A stretch of DNA of 63,729 bases, counting the filler, from Reclinomonas americana ATCC 50394 (lineage: Eukaryota), in the NCBI GenBank assembly GCA_048213135.1. It is 4 parts of 3 records of this genome, joined end to end, with 100 filler letters (N's around TTAATTAATTAA, not from the genome) between each part and the next. Parts side by side here need not be neighbours in the genome. Positions count along the whole stretch, not along the records: positions 1 to 19,785 come from PS015643.1; positions 19,886 to 47,719 come from PS015643.1; 2 more parts are not named here. The stretch is one strand, 5' to 3'. Each line of letters starts with the position of its first letter. Positions within the stretch are counted from its first letter, which is position 1. Of this stretch, positions 10,952-23,790 are shown one piece after another. The position numbers were made by a program, and so were the translations under genes. The notes under the pieces were generated by a model. It was not told the origin of the DNA and did not search any database. It saw nothing but the letters and a program-made list of their open reading frames with translations.

Positions 10952-13900
10952 AGACGCTGCGGTCCACCCCGTCACTGCTCTGTTCATGAAGCCACGTTGC
11001 AGCCGCCACCGCCACTTCAGCTCCGAAATCGCGGGCGGGAAGGCGCCTCTCCACCAATCGCGCCAAGCGCGACATGCCGTCGAATCGCATCTTTGCCACA
11101 GCAAGCGATGTGCCGCTGTTCTCGTCCCACAGGCGCCGTACCAGTGATGGCAGCTCGTTCCACATCACTCGCAGACACGGTCGAATATCGCACAGGATGT
11201 CATCGTTGATGCGATGCTCGTCAGTACGCACCAGTCCACACAGAACACAACTCAACACCATCTCACGATACGGTGCAAACAGATGAACGTCAGGATCCCC
11301 TGCTGTCAGCCACTCTATCACGACGTCGTGCACCCCATACTGCGCCGTTGACGGCAGGACTTCCCCGCCAGTCAACATCACCATGCGATACAACGCGTCG
11401 CACGATTCTGCCGAAGTGGACTGTACCAACATTGACCGCTGAAGCAACTCCAGCGCCTCCACCACGTCACCTTCACCGTCGCCTTCTCGGGCCTCGATGT
11501 CTTGCAGCCACGAGTTGACGCCGGTTGATGGAGCACCACGCAGAGCCAACCGAACCAGCAACGACACCGTCCGAGCCGTCGCATGAACTCGCCTCTGCTG
11601 CAATCCCGCGACCAACATCAGCACGTGCCGCGTCAGCGGCGTGCATTGAGCCAGACTTTCGGTCAGCAGCTCTTCCAGCGACAGTGCTCGCGTCTCGGCC
11701 AGACGTGTCGCCAAAGTCTCCAGTGACAGTCGAGCAAGCATCCTGCAAATAACACATGTCACTTGAGTTTTTCATGCACGCAAGGAGCAGAAGAGCCACA
11801 CGCACCTCACAAAGAGAGCCACACGGAATGCCTGCGGCTTGTCCAGTGCCGCTGCCGTCACCTCGCGGCAAATTTCTTCCGGCGCCTCCATCTGCTGGCG
11901 CACATACTGCGCCACATCGTCGGCCTCCACCTCGCCCACCGACATGTGGAGCACTACTGCCGAGCTCAACAGAGCCGAGCGCTGCAATTCTTCGGCCACT
12001 TGCTTGAACCGCGTGGTCACGATCACCAGCGGGGCGGCCATCAACAGGGAACCTGCGACGAGACGGAACAAACCAAGATAATCAGTCAACCATGAAGTCC
12101 AACTTGAAAGCAACACAAGAAAACGAGAAAAAGGAGGAAATGACAAGACTCGAATCCACTAATCACGGTGAATGCTCTTTCTCTCTCACTCCCTGTCACC
12201 CAGCGTGAGAGGTGTGCCCACCCACTGTACTGCGCTGTGTACTTGTCCGCCAAGTCGAGCATTTCGTGCTCACTCACTCACAAACACACATCAGACAGAC
12301 ACGCACCTGCAGGGGCGAGTCCGCAGACGCCTACACGTCGCACCACATCCACGACTTGACTCCAGTGGCCGACGTTGTCGAGTAACAGAACGCCGCGACT
12401 GTCCTTCATGAGGTGGCCGAGTCGACTGCGCAGCATGTCCATATTGTCGGCCTTCTCCCCCGCCTGGATGTCGGCCAGTAGCTGGCGACTGGATTGCACG
12501 GATGTCATGGCGCTGGCGAATCCTCGAAGCCCGCTGTTGAGGACCTCCGAGGTCTGTGTCAAAGGGAAGAATGGGAAGGGAGAGGGAGAGGGAGACGAAG
12601 AGGGAGAGAGAAGGAGAGGGAGAGGAAGGGGGAAGAGAGGGGGGGAGGAGAAGGAGAATCGCATTAACCACAATGTGAACTTCATAACGACTGACGCTGC
12701 GTACTCACCGACGTGTATTGGCTTGCGTCCGCCGTGTGACCATGCATGTCCGCGTACAGGGCCGAACCACGCCACTTTTTGCGCTCCATCTCCGCCACGA
12801 TCAGCTGGGCCAATGTCGTCTTTCCACTCCCTCCTTCGCCAGAGAGCACAACCACGCCGAGCTTCTTGTCTGCGAGAAAGACAGTGAGAAGGAGAAGAGA
12901 GAGGAGGAGGGGGAGAAAGAGGAGGTGAAGGAGGAAAGGACGAAAGAGAAGGAGGAAGAGGAGACGCAGAGGGAGAAAAGTAGAAAAGAAAAAGCAAAGC
13001 AACAAAGAAGAACACGAGGAAAGAAGTGAACGAGAAGGTGGTGAGAAGGAGGAGGGGGAAAGGAGGANNNNNNNNNNNNNNNNNNNNNNNNNNNNNNNNN
13101 NNNNNNNNNNNNNNNNNNNNNNNNNNNNNNNNNNNNNNNNNNNNNNNNNNNNNNNNNNNNNNNNNNNNNNNNNNNNNNNNNNNNNNNNNNNNNNNNNNNN
13201 NNNNNNNNNNNNNNNNNNNNNNNNNNNNNNNNNNNNNNNNNNNNNNNNNNNNNNNNNNNNNNNNNNNNNNNNNNNNNNNNNNNNNNNNNNNNNNNNNNNN
13301 NNNNNNNNNNNNNNNNNNNNNNNNNNNNNNNNNNNNNNNNNNNNNNNNNNNNNNNNNNNNNNNNNNNNNNNNNNNNNNNNNNNNNNNNNNNNNNNNNNNN
13401 NNNNNNNNNNNNNNNNNNNNNNNNNNNNNNNNNNNNNNNNNNNNNNNNNNNNNNNNNNNNNNNNNNNNNNNNNNNNNNNNNNNNNGGAGGAGGAGAAGAA
13501 GAAGAAGAAGGAGAATGAGAAAACAGGAGGAGGAGGAGGAAGAGGAGGACGCAGAGGAATAAGAGGGAGAGGAGAGGAGACGTGGAGGGAGAAAGAAGAA
13601 GAAGAAAAAGAGAAAAGAAGAATTGACATTAATCGAAAAGGCAGTGAGAAGAAGAACAAGAAGAAGAAGAAGAGCAAGAAGACGAAGGAGGAAGGAGAAG
13701 AAGAAGAGGGAGAATGTGGAGGCGGAGGAGAGAAGAATAAGAAGAATGAGAATGAGGAAAACAGAGGAAGAAGACGAGAAAGAGGAGGAAGGAAGCAGAG
13801 AAGAAGTCGAAGATAGAAAAATGGAACAGAACGACAAGGTGGTGGTGAGGAGGAGGAGGAGGCGAACAAGAAGAAGAAGGAAGAAAAGAAAGAAGAATTT

Positions 13901-14426
13901 GAGTTGGACGAGGGGAAGGAGGAGGAGGAGAGAAGGAATCCCGCGACCTCTCACCAGCCTCGCACTCCAGCAGTCGCTCGGCGAGTCGCTCGGCCTCTGC
14001 GACACGGCTGGGGAACGGGAAACCATCCAGCTGGCCCACGTTTTTGAACACAACTGCCTCATTCATAACATTGGCGGCTCGCATAGAGTTAGCTCTGTTG
14101 ACAGACAGCAGGAGATGAGTGAGCGCTCGCACGAGCATACATGCATGCATATGCACACACAAACACACACACACACACACGCACAAGCACACGCACAAGC
14201 ACACTCGAAAGCATGCAGATGCACACAAAGGAAACGCTCACACACACACTCTCTCACATACACTCTCTCTGTCTCTTTCTCTCTCTCTCACACACACACA
14301 CTCACTCACTCACTCACTCACTTACTCACACACACACACTCACTCTCTCTCTCTCTCACAGAGAGAGATGTTGACACATACACTCGACATGGAGGCACGC
14401 AACTCTTCATCGGCGATGAGCGACAT
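10952..14426 (-). CDS. NLR1: STAND/NB-ARC-like P-loop NTPase, N-terminal part (no effector domain)
   Basis: ATG at 14426 (MSLIADEELRAS). Walker A GEGGSGKT at 12840-12817, Walker B VLLLDNV, sensor-1 LVIVTTR, and a YGVHD (MHD-like) motif. Collinear with the paralog at 43983-47719. Confidence 0.85.
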
Positions 14427-14690
14427 TGAGGGAGTGAGAGAGTGCTTGCGTGCTCGTTAGATTCCGTCGGAGAAATGCGTCCTGCAACTTCACGTCCACA
14501 CTCACTTCGTTCCTCGCGCGATCGTCCCTTCTGTCTCTGTCTTCTCTCGCTTGCTATTATGCTGTCCTCTGACTTTCTGCCTTCTGCAGCTTTTCATTGA
14601 GTCCAGCACAGGAAAACCAACCAATCGATGTCGCGATCGTCTGGTTGACACAGTTCGCCAGTGGCCTTCAGCACACACAGGCTCCAGCAC

Positions 14691-14851
14691 TCAGCGCTTT
14701 GCTTCCGAGATTTTATGGATTCGCGTAATACAGGAAACCCTGTTCCGCTGCCCTAAATCAGGTGAACGTGCTGTTTTTTGGAAACGGCTGGACTTGGTCA
14801 TCAAAACAGCGCAAGCTGTCATGTTTGTTGGTGAATGCACTGTTGTTGTTG

Positions 14852-14918
<67 letters not shown>

Positions 14919-17014
14919 GGTGGTGGTGGTGGTGGTGGTGGTGGTGGTGGATGTCGTTGGTGCGTATCTGAGTTGCTCACCGTCGACTTATCGCGAGAGA
15001 AGAAGCGGCGACAGCTTCATGGAGATGCAATAGGTTCACGGTTGCGGAGCTGTGCATTGCCTTGCTCAGCTGTTCCTCCTCCTCCACCTATCACCGCCAC
15101 CCGCCGACCTGGGCCAGTACTTCTTCATCGGCTGTCGACCTCCACCACCGCACTTGCGCATCCTCCAACACGAAGCAGCGCAACACAAACATGGGCAGCG
15201 GCTCCCCACAGTCCTCTTCGTCTCCGCCGCCGCCATCCACCACGCGCAGCATCTCCTCCAGTGCATCCAACGCCTCCTTGGTTGCGTCCCGCTCAGCAGC
15301 GGCACCTGCAAAGTCTGGACTCCACACGGTCAACAACAAAGTGCATGTAGTGCACGCAGGAGAACTAGAATATGACGGAACTGGGCGCCCACAAGAAGCA
15401 GGTCCCGTTGGAGGCCGCCGACACGACGTAGTTGTCGGGCGTGCATGCCACGGCCGTGACTTGGGCCGCGTGGAGGGGAAACACGCAATCCTCGCGACCG
15501 CTGGTCAAATCCCAGGCGCGGATGGTGCCATCTATTGAGGGGAAGGAGGAGGGGCGGGGGGAGGAGAAAGAGAAGAGTCAAAAAGGGACATGAGAGGGAG
15601 ACGAAGAACGGTGAACTATGGTGGCGCGTGAGTGACAATTGAAAGCAGTGACAGAGAAAGAGAAAGCGAGACAGTGAGCGAGAAAGGCGACATCAAAGCA
15701 GAGTAAGATGTGGAAACGGAAAGCAAAAACAGCAGCGTTCTCGGCTCGCTCTTTCACTGCACTCAGAGACCATCATTCACCCTCTCTCTCTCTCGGGCAT
15801 ACACATCTCATTCCCTGCTCGAGCTCAATACTCAGCCTTCGCGCTGTGCACTGTTAACCAGACACCGCAGCAGGCGAACGAGAGAGAACGAGGGAGTGCG
15901 AAAGACGACATAAAGGCGCAGTGAGAAGTGGAATCGGAAAGCAAGGAGAGGCGAGAAAACGGCGAGAGTGAGTGAGCTGCAGCGTTCTCTTGCCCTCTGC
16001 CTCGCTCTTTCACTGCTCATTCACTCCCTCCCTCTCTCTCTCTGTACTCATTTGCGTGCTCAATGCTCCACCCCTCTCGTTGCTGTCAGCAACTCACGAC
16101 AACCGCGCCCTTCTTGTCAGCCTCAACATGTCTCCCTCTCCCTCTCCCCTCTCATGCTCTACTGACTCTTTCTCTCTCTCTCTCCCTCCCTCTCCCTCTC
16201 TCCCTCCCTCCACCCTCCTTCCCCTGTCCTCCCACCACTCACCCTTCGACCCGCTCACCACAAACCGCCGATCCACCGTCACCGTCACCGACACCACCGC
16301 CTCACGATGCGCACTCCCCATCATCATCTCCCGCCTGCCGCCCGTCTCCAACGAGTGCACATGCACCGAACCATCCACCAAGCCCACCACCACCGTCAAA
16401 TCATCCACCAAACCCAGGCAACACAGCTCACGCACACACGGCACCCTCCGCACCACCTCCAGCATATTCATGCGATACACATGCACCTCCGGCTGCGCCC
16501 ACCTCGTCACCGTCGCCACCATCACAAACACACCATCACTGGTCACCCGCGCGTCGCGAATCTGTCGCGCAGCCGGAATAACGACCCCACGCACCTTCTT
16601 CCCCGCACGCACAGTCACCAGCGCGCCCGGTTCCATGCAATCGCGATGCCCGTGCGCAAATACAACTGTGTTGCATTCACTACTGCTCACCGCCAGTGCC
16701 ATGACCGACTGCTGTCGACGACCGGGGAAGGCCCACACACGCGACGTTGTATCCCATAAGCACACGCGATCACCGCCAGTCAACACCTGCGACGTCGACG
16801 CTGGCACAAAGGCAACTCGCGTGACTGCTGCATCACTGACAACAGCAGAGTAGAGCACGTGCGAGGAGTGCCGCTCAAAGACGCAGAGATGACCGCCGGT
16901 GGTGCCAGTGGCGATGCGCTGACCGCATGAGGAGACGGCGACACAGAGCACATGATGTGGTGCAGGTAGATCGAGAGGGAAGCTGCGAGTGGCCGCGGGC
17001 ACAGTGACGCTCAT
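14691..17014 (-). CDS. WD40-repeat protein with C-terminal extension
   Basis: VLCVAVSSCGQRIATGTTGGHLCVF; VLTGGDRVCLWD; VSGSK|DGTIRAWD across intron 16242-15532. The extension beyond 15381 depends on a GTTCCGT donor; otherwise the gene stops at TAG 15365. Confidence 0.7.
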
Positions 17015-17154
17015 TGAAATTGTCTGGTGTGTCCTCGTTGGCCACAGCAACAAGTCGCGTGTCGTTTTTGTGGGTCCAGCTACAATATGGTGTAGTCACG
17101 TACACAGCTGCAGTGTTGGGAAGGTGGGGGCTTGGCGCACGCGACGTCGGAGAA

Positions 17155-17250
17155 ATTGAAACTTCACTGAATGCACAACAATGAGCATCTACCAGTGATC
17201 GCCAACAAGTCTCATGTGCTTTCCTTCTACATGTACAACTAAAACTATTT
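17155..17250. repeat. Dispersed ~95-bp intergenic element, copy 1 (copy 2 at ~23803-23892)
   Basis: gaaacttcactga..cacaacaat..ctaccagtgatcg.caacaagtctc..gtgctttccttctac..aactaaaact is present in both. Confidence 0.8.
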
Positions 17251-17484
17251 GGAGCATGTTATCTATGTGGAGAATATAGCCCTGTCAATCGCAAAATCAC
17301 GCGTTTTGTGCTCTGCTTCGTTGCAAGCGCCGCTTCGCAGCTCATTCGAAAGCTCTATGAACGAGCTTTGTTGAGCACTGAAAGCCGTCGGTGAACTGCA
17401 TTGGTCTTCGGAGCTTCTCTCTCACGAAGCCTGAAAAAACCCATTGTGTCCCCTCCCTTTTGTCTTGTCGTTTTTTTCAACACA

Positions 17485-17871
17485 ATGGCGAGTGCGTTTC
17501 GTAGTTCGCTTGTCGGCTTTGTGGTGTGGTTCGTGGCGGCGATGCTGATCCGCGCGCTCGGCGACGTGTTCATGTCGCTGAGCAGCCCGTACCTCGTTCC
17601 ACTGTACGTGGCCGGTGCGCCTCTCGGCGTCGTGTTTGTCGTGTTTGCGCGTCTGCTGGCGCCCTCGCGCTCCGCCGACGAGGATCTGCGCACGTTTGTG
17701 ATGATTGTGGGAGTGGCGTCGTTGTGCGATGGAGTGGCGTTGGTGTATGCGCCGTGGATCTATGGAGGCGACGCGGAGTATTGTTTGGTGGCGGCTGCGT
17801 CTATTCTGTGGGGCGTTGGCTGGGCGTCGTTGGTGGTGCTTCTGTGGCCGGTGGCGGGCAAGAAGCGCTGA
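17485..17871 (+). CDS. Small intronless 4-TM membrane protein (DUF5367-like), paralog A
   Basis: 128-aa ORF with four hydrophobic segments; motifs G..W....IR..G, D..A....P..YG, ILWG.G; clear paralog at 19176. Confidence 0.75.
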   Translation: MASAFRSSLVGFVVWFVAAMLIRALGDVFMSLSSPYLVPLYVAGAPLGVVFVVFARLLAPSRSADEDLRTFVMIVGVASLCDGVALVYAPWIYGGDAEYCLVAAASILWGVGWASLVVLLWPVAGKKR

Positions 17872-19175
17872 GGGGAGAGGAGAGGGATGGAGAAGAAGTG
17901 AACGTGGTGATAACACGGTGATCATGACTTGGGCAAGGGCACAGGGAGAGAGAGAGGGGAGAAAGAAGAGAAAGCACAGAGGGGAGGAGAGAGGAGTGCA
18001 CGTGGAGCGGTTGCACTCTGGCTGCAACGCTCATCAGGAAGCAGTGATGCAGCGAAGAGAAGGGTGAAGCTGATGCAGCAGAAACCAGGCGTCTTGTAGA
18101 GGGAAGCTGTGAGAGAACAGAGGCAGAGATGAATGACGAGTGGTTGAGAACATGATGCAGAGAGTGGCCGCATGCGCATCATTCATGCGACGATTGCTTG
18201 GCGGCAGTGCGTGAAGTTGTCTGTCGCGCGACGACGAGGAAGGATGCAGTGAAGGGAAGAGAGAGAAAGGAGAGTCAACTCGGCCGGAAACCAGGTGACT
18301 TGTAGAAGGAAACTGTTTCCGTGAGCGATGAGAGGAGGAGAGATGAACAAGGAGAGGTGCAGAGAATGGTGGAGCACTCTTGCTGTATCATTCGCGTGAA
18401 GTATGTTGTTGCGTAACGCAGTGATGTAGTGAAGACGAGAGAGAAGAAGGAGAGTGAACGCGGCAGAAAACCAGAGCAAGGACATGGTTGCCAAGAGATC
18501 TAGAGGTGGAGAGCGGAGCTGTTACACTGTGGTTGCTTTGTGCATGAGCGTGGCTCGGAGCGTGAAGTTCTCTGGTGACGCAGTGACGAGGAGTGGCAGG
18601 GGCGTCTTCCTTTCTGCACGAGGCCCCGACAAGAAGAGGAGGCAACTGATACAGTGCGTGCAGGCTGCAACCTGCAGAAGACGCCGAGGCTCTGCAGCTT
18701 GATTGCACCGCCTCCATGTCTGCTTTTCCAGAAAGCAGCACAACAGCAGCAGCAGCAGCAGCGAGAGATATATATCGATGATGATGCAGTGACTTCCAAA
18801 TATGGGCAAAGCGAGAAAATCGGAATCGTCGTCAACGTCGGGCTGGCGTTTCTTCAACGGAGAGAGCTATCACTTCACGACACGAGTGGACTCCGCCCAC
18901 ACACATCGTTGCGCCGCACTAGCGGATCTTGGAATCTCTGAATCTTGCAACTTGTACAAGACTCGTCTCCGCCAACCGCGATCGGAGAAACCAGCTTTCT
19001 TTTGTGCTGGAGCTTGCGCGCTCTCCAGGCAAACGAGGCGAGTCCACATACATGGAAGGCAAGAGCGCTCCGATAACCGGACCCCGCGCACGTCGGCGAC
19101 GGAGTTGCTCGCGTCCGGCACACGCACATTCTCTTCGTCTTTGCGCGCACAAACAACCAACCAACCAAAAGAACA

Positions 19176-19571
19176 ATGGCCTCCACTCTCCGCAGCATCG
19201 TCGTCGGCGTCATCCTGTGGTTCGCCGCCGCGCTCTTCATCCGCCTCCTCGGCGACACCTTCATGTCGCTGAGCAGTCCGTACCTGCTCGCACTGTACGC
19301 GGCCGGTGTGCCCGTTTCCTTTGCCCTTGTGTACACCCTGCGCCTGATGGCGCCCTCGCGTACCGCCGAGGAGGACTTGCGTACGTTTGTGCTGGCCACG
19401 GGCGCGGCGACGTTGTGCGACGGGGCGGCGTTGGTGTATGCGCCGTGGTTGTATGGAGGCGGGGCGGAGTATTGCTTGGTGGCGGGCGCGAATATTTTGT
19501 GGGGCGTGGGTGTGACGTCATTGGTGGTGTTGTTTGGGCCGGGCCCGGCGTCCGCCCAGAAGAAGGCCTGA
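19176..19571 (+). CDS. Small intronless 4-TM membrane protein (DUF5367-like), paralog B
   Basis: 131-aa ORF; shares FMSLSSPYL, EDLRTFV, CDG.ALVYAPW.YGG.AEYCLVA and ILWGVG with paralog A. Confidence 0.75.
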   Translation: MASTLRSIVVGVILWFAAALFIRLLGDTFMSLSSPYLLALYAAGVPVSFALVYTLRLMAPSRTAEEDLRTFVLATGAATLCDGAALVYAPWLYGGGAEYCLVAGANILWGVGVTSLVVLFGPGPASAQKKA

Positions 19572-19829
19572 TTGGAGGGAAAGGGAGAGAGAGGGAAGGG
19601 AAATGAAGGTGCAATCGTGATGCAATGGGGGGAAGGGAGAAGAGGAGAGGGAGAAGATAAGGCGGGAGGGATGGTGGCTATTGCGCCTTGGGTTGGCACT
19701 GTGTCACGACAAACACTCCATGTGCACCTACCGTTGTGCCTTGCCTTCCCCTCCTCCTCCTCCTCCTCCTCTCTCTCTCTCTCTCNNNNNNNNNNNNNNN
19801 NNNNNNNNNNNNNNNNNNNNNNNNNNNNN

Positions 19830-19841
19830 TTAATTAATTAA
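19830..19841. other. Artificial scaffold linker TTAATTAATTAA (also at 47764-47775 and 57822-57833)
   Basis: Identical six-frame-stop 12-mer centred in 100-nt N runs. Confidence 0.95.
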
Positions 19842-20455
19842 NNNNNNNNNNNNNNNNNNNNNNNNNNNNNNNNNNNNNNNNNNNNGGGAAATGAAGGTGC
19901 AATCGTGATGCAATGGGGGGAAGGGAGAAGAGGAGAGGGAGAAGATAAGGCGGGAGGGATGGTGGCTATTGCGCCTTGGGTTGGCACTGTGTCACGACAA
20001 ACACTCCATGTGCACCTACCGTTGTGCCTTGCCTTCCCCTCCTCCTCCTCCTCCTCCTCCTCTCTCTCTCAGCTCTCTCTCAGCTCTCCTTCCGCAATGC
20101 AGCACGATAACCATCCCTTCCAAACCGAAAAGGGCCTCTTTCCTTTCAATCCTTCCAAGGGAGACACGTATTCGCTGCATCACGATAATCACTTCGTCTC
20201 AATTCGCAATCGCAGTCATTCCCCCCACCCTCCCTCTTCCCTGCTAGTCTCCTTCCCTTTCTCTTCCTTTTGGGTGATATTTGTTCGCACTGCATCACGA
20301 AGGAGGCAACAAGAAAGGTGAGGGAACGAAGAGAGATTCCTGCTTCTGAACTCTATGTGAGTTGTCCCTGTTCCTGGTGACGACCAGCTGTTGCTTATCT
20401 ATCAGTCGCTCGATTCTTTTACTTCCCCTCAATCAGCTTACACGAGTATTTAGAG

Positions 20456-20860
20456 TCACCGCCGCTTCTTTGGATCGGCGGTGGCGTCGACCGTCGGCTT
20501 CTTGCTCACCAGTTCGCGAACGAAGGTCTTCAGAGCGTCGACTCCCTGCACCAGCCAAGAGTGTGAGAGATGGAGCAGAAGGATGTGCTTTCCACTCACA
20601 CGCACCTTCAGGTAGGCGTAGATGCCGGCCAGGTAGGCCAGAATGCACAGCGCCAGCACAATGTCCAGCGTCCAGGTGACCAGCACAAAGGCGTTCATGT
20701 TGACCAGAGTGGCGCCGTACAGGCGCAGGTCCGACGATTCCACCTTGAAGGAGTGCGAGACGACCTCCGAGGCGTAGGATCGCATGGTCTGCGGGAGGGG
20801 GGCAAAGGGGGAAGGGGGTGAGGGAAGGGTGTGAGGGAAGGGGGAAGGTGGTGAAGGAAG

Positions 20861-20919
<59 letters not shown>

Positions 20920-22290
20920 TAGTANNNNNNNNNNNNNNNNNNNNNNNNNNNNNNNNNNNNNNNNNNNNNNNNNNNNNNNNNNNNNNNNNNNNNNNNNNNN
21001 NNNNNNNNNNNNNNNNNNNNNNNNNNNNNNNNNNNNNNNNNNNNNNNNNNNNNNNNNNNNNNNNNNNNNNNNNNNNNNNNNNNNNNNNNNNNNNNNNNNN
21101 NNNNNNNNNNNNNNNNNNNNNNNNNNNNNNNNNNNNNNNNNNNNNNNNNNNNNNNNNNNNNNNNNNNNNNNNNNNNNNNNNNNNNNNNNNNNNNNNNNNN
21201 NNNNNNNNNNNNNNNNNNNNNNNNNNNNNNNNNNNNNNNNNNNNNNNNNNNNNNNNNNNNNNNNNNNNNNNNNNNNNNNNNNNNNNNNNNNNNNNNNNNN
21301 NNNNNNNNNNNNNNNNNNNNNNNNNNNNNNNNNNNNNNNNNNNNNNNNNNNNNNNNNNNNNNNNNNNNNNNNNNNNNNNNNNNNNNNNNNNNNNNNNNNN
21401 NNNNNNNNNNNNNNNNNNNNNNNNNNNNNNNNNNNNNNNNNNNNNNNNNNNNNNNNNNNNNNNNNNNNNNNNNNNNNNNNNNNNNNNNNNNNNNNNNNNN
21501 NNNNNNNNNNNNNNNNNNNNNNNNNNNNNNNNNNNNNNNNNNNNNNNNNNNNNNNTACAGGGGGGAAGCACAAGGGGGAAGCACAAGGGGGAAGCACAAG
21601 GGGGAAGCACGAGGAGGGAGCACAAGTGCGGAGAACAGGGGGAAGCAAAATGAGGAAGCACAAGGGGGAAGCACAGCTAGAGAAAGAGATATTTCACGAC
21701 CAAAACTGCAGCGCACCGGTGCAATACTCATCGAATCGTAGTGCGACACCACCGCAATGGTCGATGCGTGCGCCTTGTTGCCGCGCAGCCAGCCCTCGAG
21801 CACGACCACAGGCGGCAGCGGAGTCGGCGTCGCCTCCTTCTCGCTCACCACCAGCTGCGTGTCGTTGGTGATCTGCGCACACCACTTCGTCAGCCTCGTA
21901 GAAACAGTGCATCATCATCAACGACGCTACTCCCACCTCAGCCGCCTCCGCATCCGACATCTCCGCAAAGTAGACCGAGTAGTCGACGCGAGTGTCAAGC
22001 AAGAAGTCCTCGACTTCGCGCAGACGCACGTAGCCGTCGAGGTCCACCGGCACGCCCGAGAACGACTGGCCGACGATGCACACGGTGAGTGACGGCAACA
22101 ACAGAAGGACGAGAGACGCGGAGAGGAGAAGCACCTTGGGCAGAATCACCAGCAAGCTCTGACCGACCTTGCCCTTGACGAAACCACGCAGGAGGGCCGG
22201 AGAGAGGTCCTCGACGCGTACAACGGCCACGCGACGTGGGTTGGCGGCAGAGTTGAGGACTTGCTTGCCGGAGGAGGATTTGGGGGACTG
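20456..22290 (-). CDS. NCLN: Nicalin (nicastrin-like ER membrane protein), partial; interrupted by gaps
   Basis: GQSLLVILPK; STIAVVSHYDSMSIAP (nicalin TIVIVAHYD..G.AP); C-terminal MNAFVLVTWTLDIVLALCILAYL transmembrane helix; ends KKRR*. Confidence 0.75.
21558..21672. repeat. 13-bp minisatellite (gggggaagcacaa)n, intronic
   Basis: Directly visible. Confidence 0.85.
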
Positions 22291-22515
22291 CACAAGAGTG
22301 AGAAAGGCGAAGAGAGGGAAGGTGACGGAGGAGGAGAGAGGGTGAAAAGGGAAATAGGGAGGGAGGCTGATGCACTCTTGCGGTGAGCGTGGATGTGGAG
22401 AGAGATGCGGGGACAGGGAAGGGTGATGAGTAGGCGCTCAGCGGGTGACGCCTTGAGACGTAGACCAGTGCGATCTGTTGTGTGTGTGTGTGTGCGTGTG
22501 TGTGTGCTTGCGTGT

Positions 22516-22604
<89 letters not shown>

Positions 22605-23199
22605 GAGANNNNNNNNNNNNNNNNNNNNNNNNNNNNNNNNNNNNNNNNNNNNNNNNNNNNNNNNNNNNNNNNNNNNNNNNNNNNNNNNNNNNNNNNNNNN
22701 NNNNNNNNNNNNNNNNNNNNNNNNNNNNNNNNNNNNNNNNNNNNNNNNNNNNNNNNNNNNNNNNNNNNNNNNNNNNNNNNNNNNNNNNNNNNNNNNNNNN
22801 NNNNNNNNNNNNNNNNNNNNNNNNNNNNNNNNNNNNNNNNNNNNNNNNNNNNNNNNNNNNNNNNNNNNNNNNNNNNNNNNNNNNNNNNNNNNNNNNNNNN
22901 NNNNNNNNNNNNNNNNNNNNNNNNNNNNNNNNNNNNNNNNNNNNNNNNNNNNNNNNNNNNNNNNNNNNNNNNNNNNNNNNNNNNNNNNNNNNNNNNNNNN
23001 NNNNNNNNNNNNNNNNNNNNNNNNNNNNNNNNNNNNNNNNNNNNNNNNNNNNNNNNNNNNNNNNNNNNNNNNNNNNNNNNNNNNNNNNNNNNNNNNNNNN
23101 NNNNNNNNNNNNNNNNNNNNNNNNNNNNNNNNNNNNNNNNNNNNNNNNNNNNNNNNNNNNNNNNNNNNNNCCCGCAACCAAAATGAAATGCAGGACTTT

Positions 23200-23790
23200 T
23201 TTGCTTTGTCTCTCATTGTCGTGCGTGAAAGCTTGTATGCTTAGCAAGCTTCTACATTAGTTGGCTTTGGTAGCTGCAACTATGAGAGTAATGAGAGCAG
23301 TGTTGCATCCGACGTTCGAACTTGAAATTGTTTTCGAATTCCTTGTGTTGCTGCCGTTCTGTGACGCTTGCTGTTGTGCGTGAAAGTTTGCATACAGAGA
23401 TAACTTCTGCGCTGCTTGACTTTGGAAGTTGCAAGTGGAGGAGTGATGAGAGCAGTGTTGCATGCGACGTTTGCAATTGCCTGCTGCTCTTTTATGGTGC
23501 TTGTTGTCGTGCTTAGCAGTGCGGATGCAGAGTAAGCTTCAACATTACTTGGCTTTGGTAGCTGCAAGTGAGACAGTGAGAGAGAGCAGTGTTGCATCCG
23601 CAGCGACGTTCGAACTTGCAATTGCAAATTGTTTTTGAATTCCTTGCTGCTCTTTTATGGTGCTTGTTGTCGTGCATAGCAGTGCGGATACAAAGATAAC
23701 TTCTACTTTGCTTGGCTTTTGTAGTTGTAAGTGAGACAGTGAGAGAGCAGTGTTGCATCCGACGTTCGAACATGCAAATCGCAAATTGTT
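23200..23790. repeat. Tandem satellite, ~135-160 bp unit, about 4 copies; further copy at ~33870-33985
   Basis: gagagcagtgttgcat(cc)gacgttcgaac at ~23293, 23449, 23583 and 23743; tttatggtgct..gtcgtgcttagcagtgcggatgcagagtaagcttc is repeated at ~33876. Confidence 0.85.

Noticed and set aside
6744..11762. 1672-aa minus-strand ORF and other long antisense ORFs over the TPRs
   Set aside because: It spans N gaps, and the portion opposite the TPR array is an antisense shadow.
12880..13950. Long Leu/Ser/Phe- or Glu/Arg-rich ORFs here and at ~37.7-39.3, 41.3-41.9, 50-54 and 59.8-60.4 kb
   Set aside because: These are translations of intronic GA/CT/AAC microsatellites.
17900..19170. Short ORFs between the two 4-TM genes
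   Set aside because: No recognisable domain or consistent exon chain.
19597..20070. ~185-bp direct repeat on both sides of the 19786-19885 gap
   Set aside because: Near-identical contig ends around an artificial linker; an unmerged overlap, not an LTR or duplication.
23200..23790. CRISPR-like periodicity
   Set aside because: The whole unit is repeated with no unique spacers, no cas genes are present, and the context is eukaryotic.
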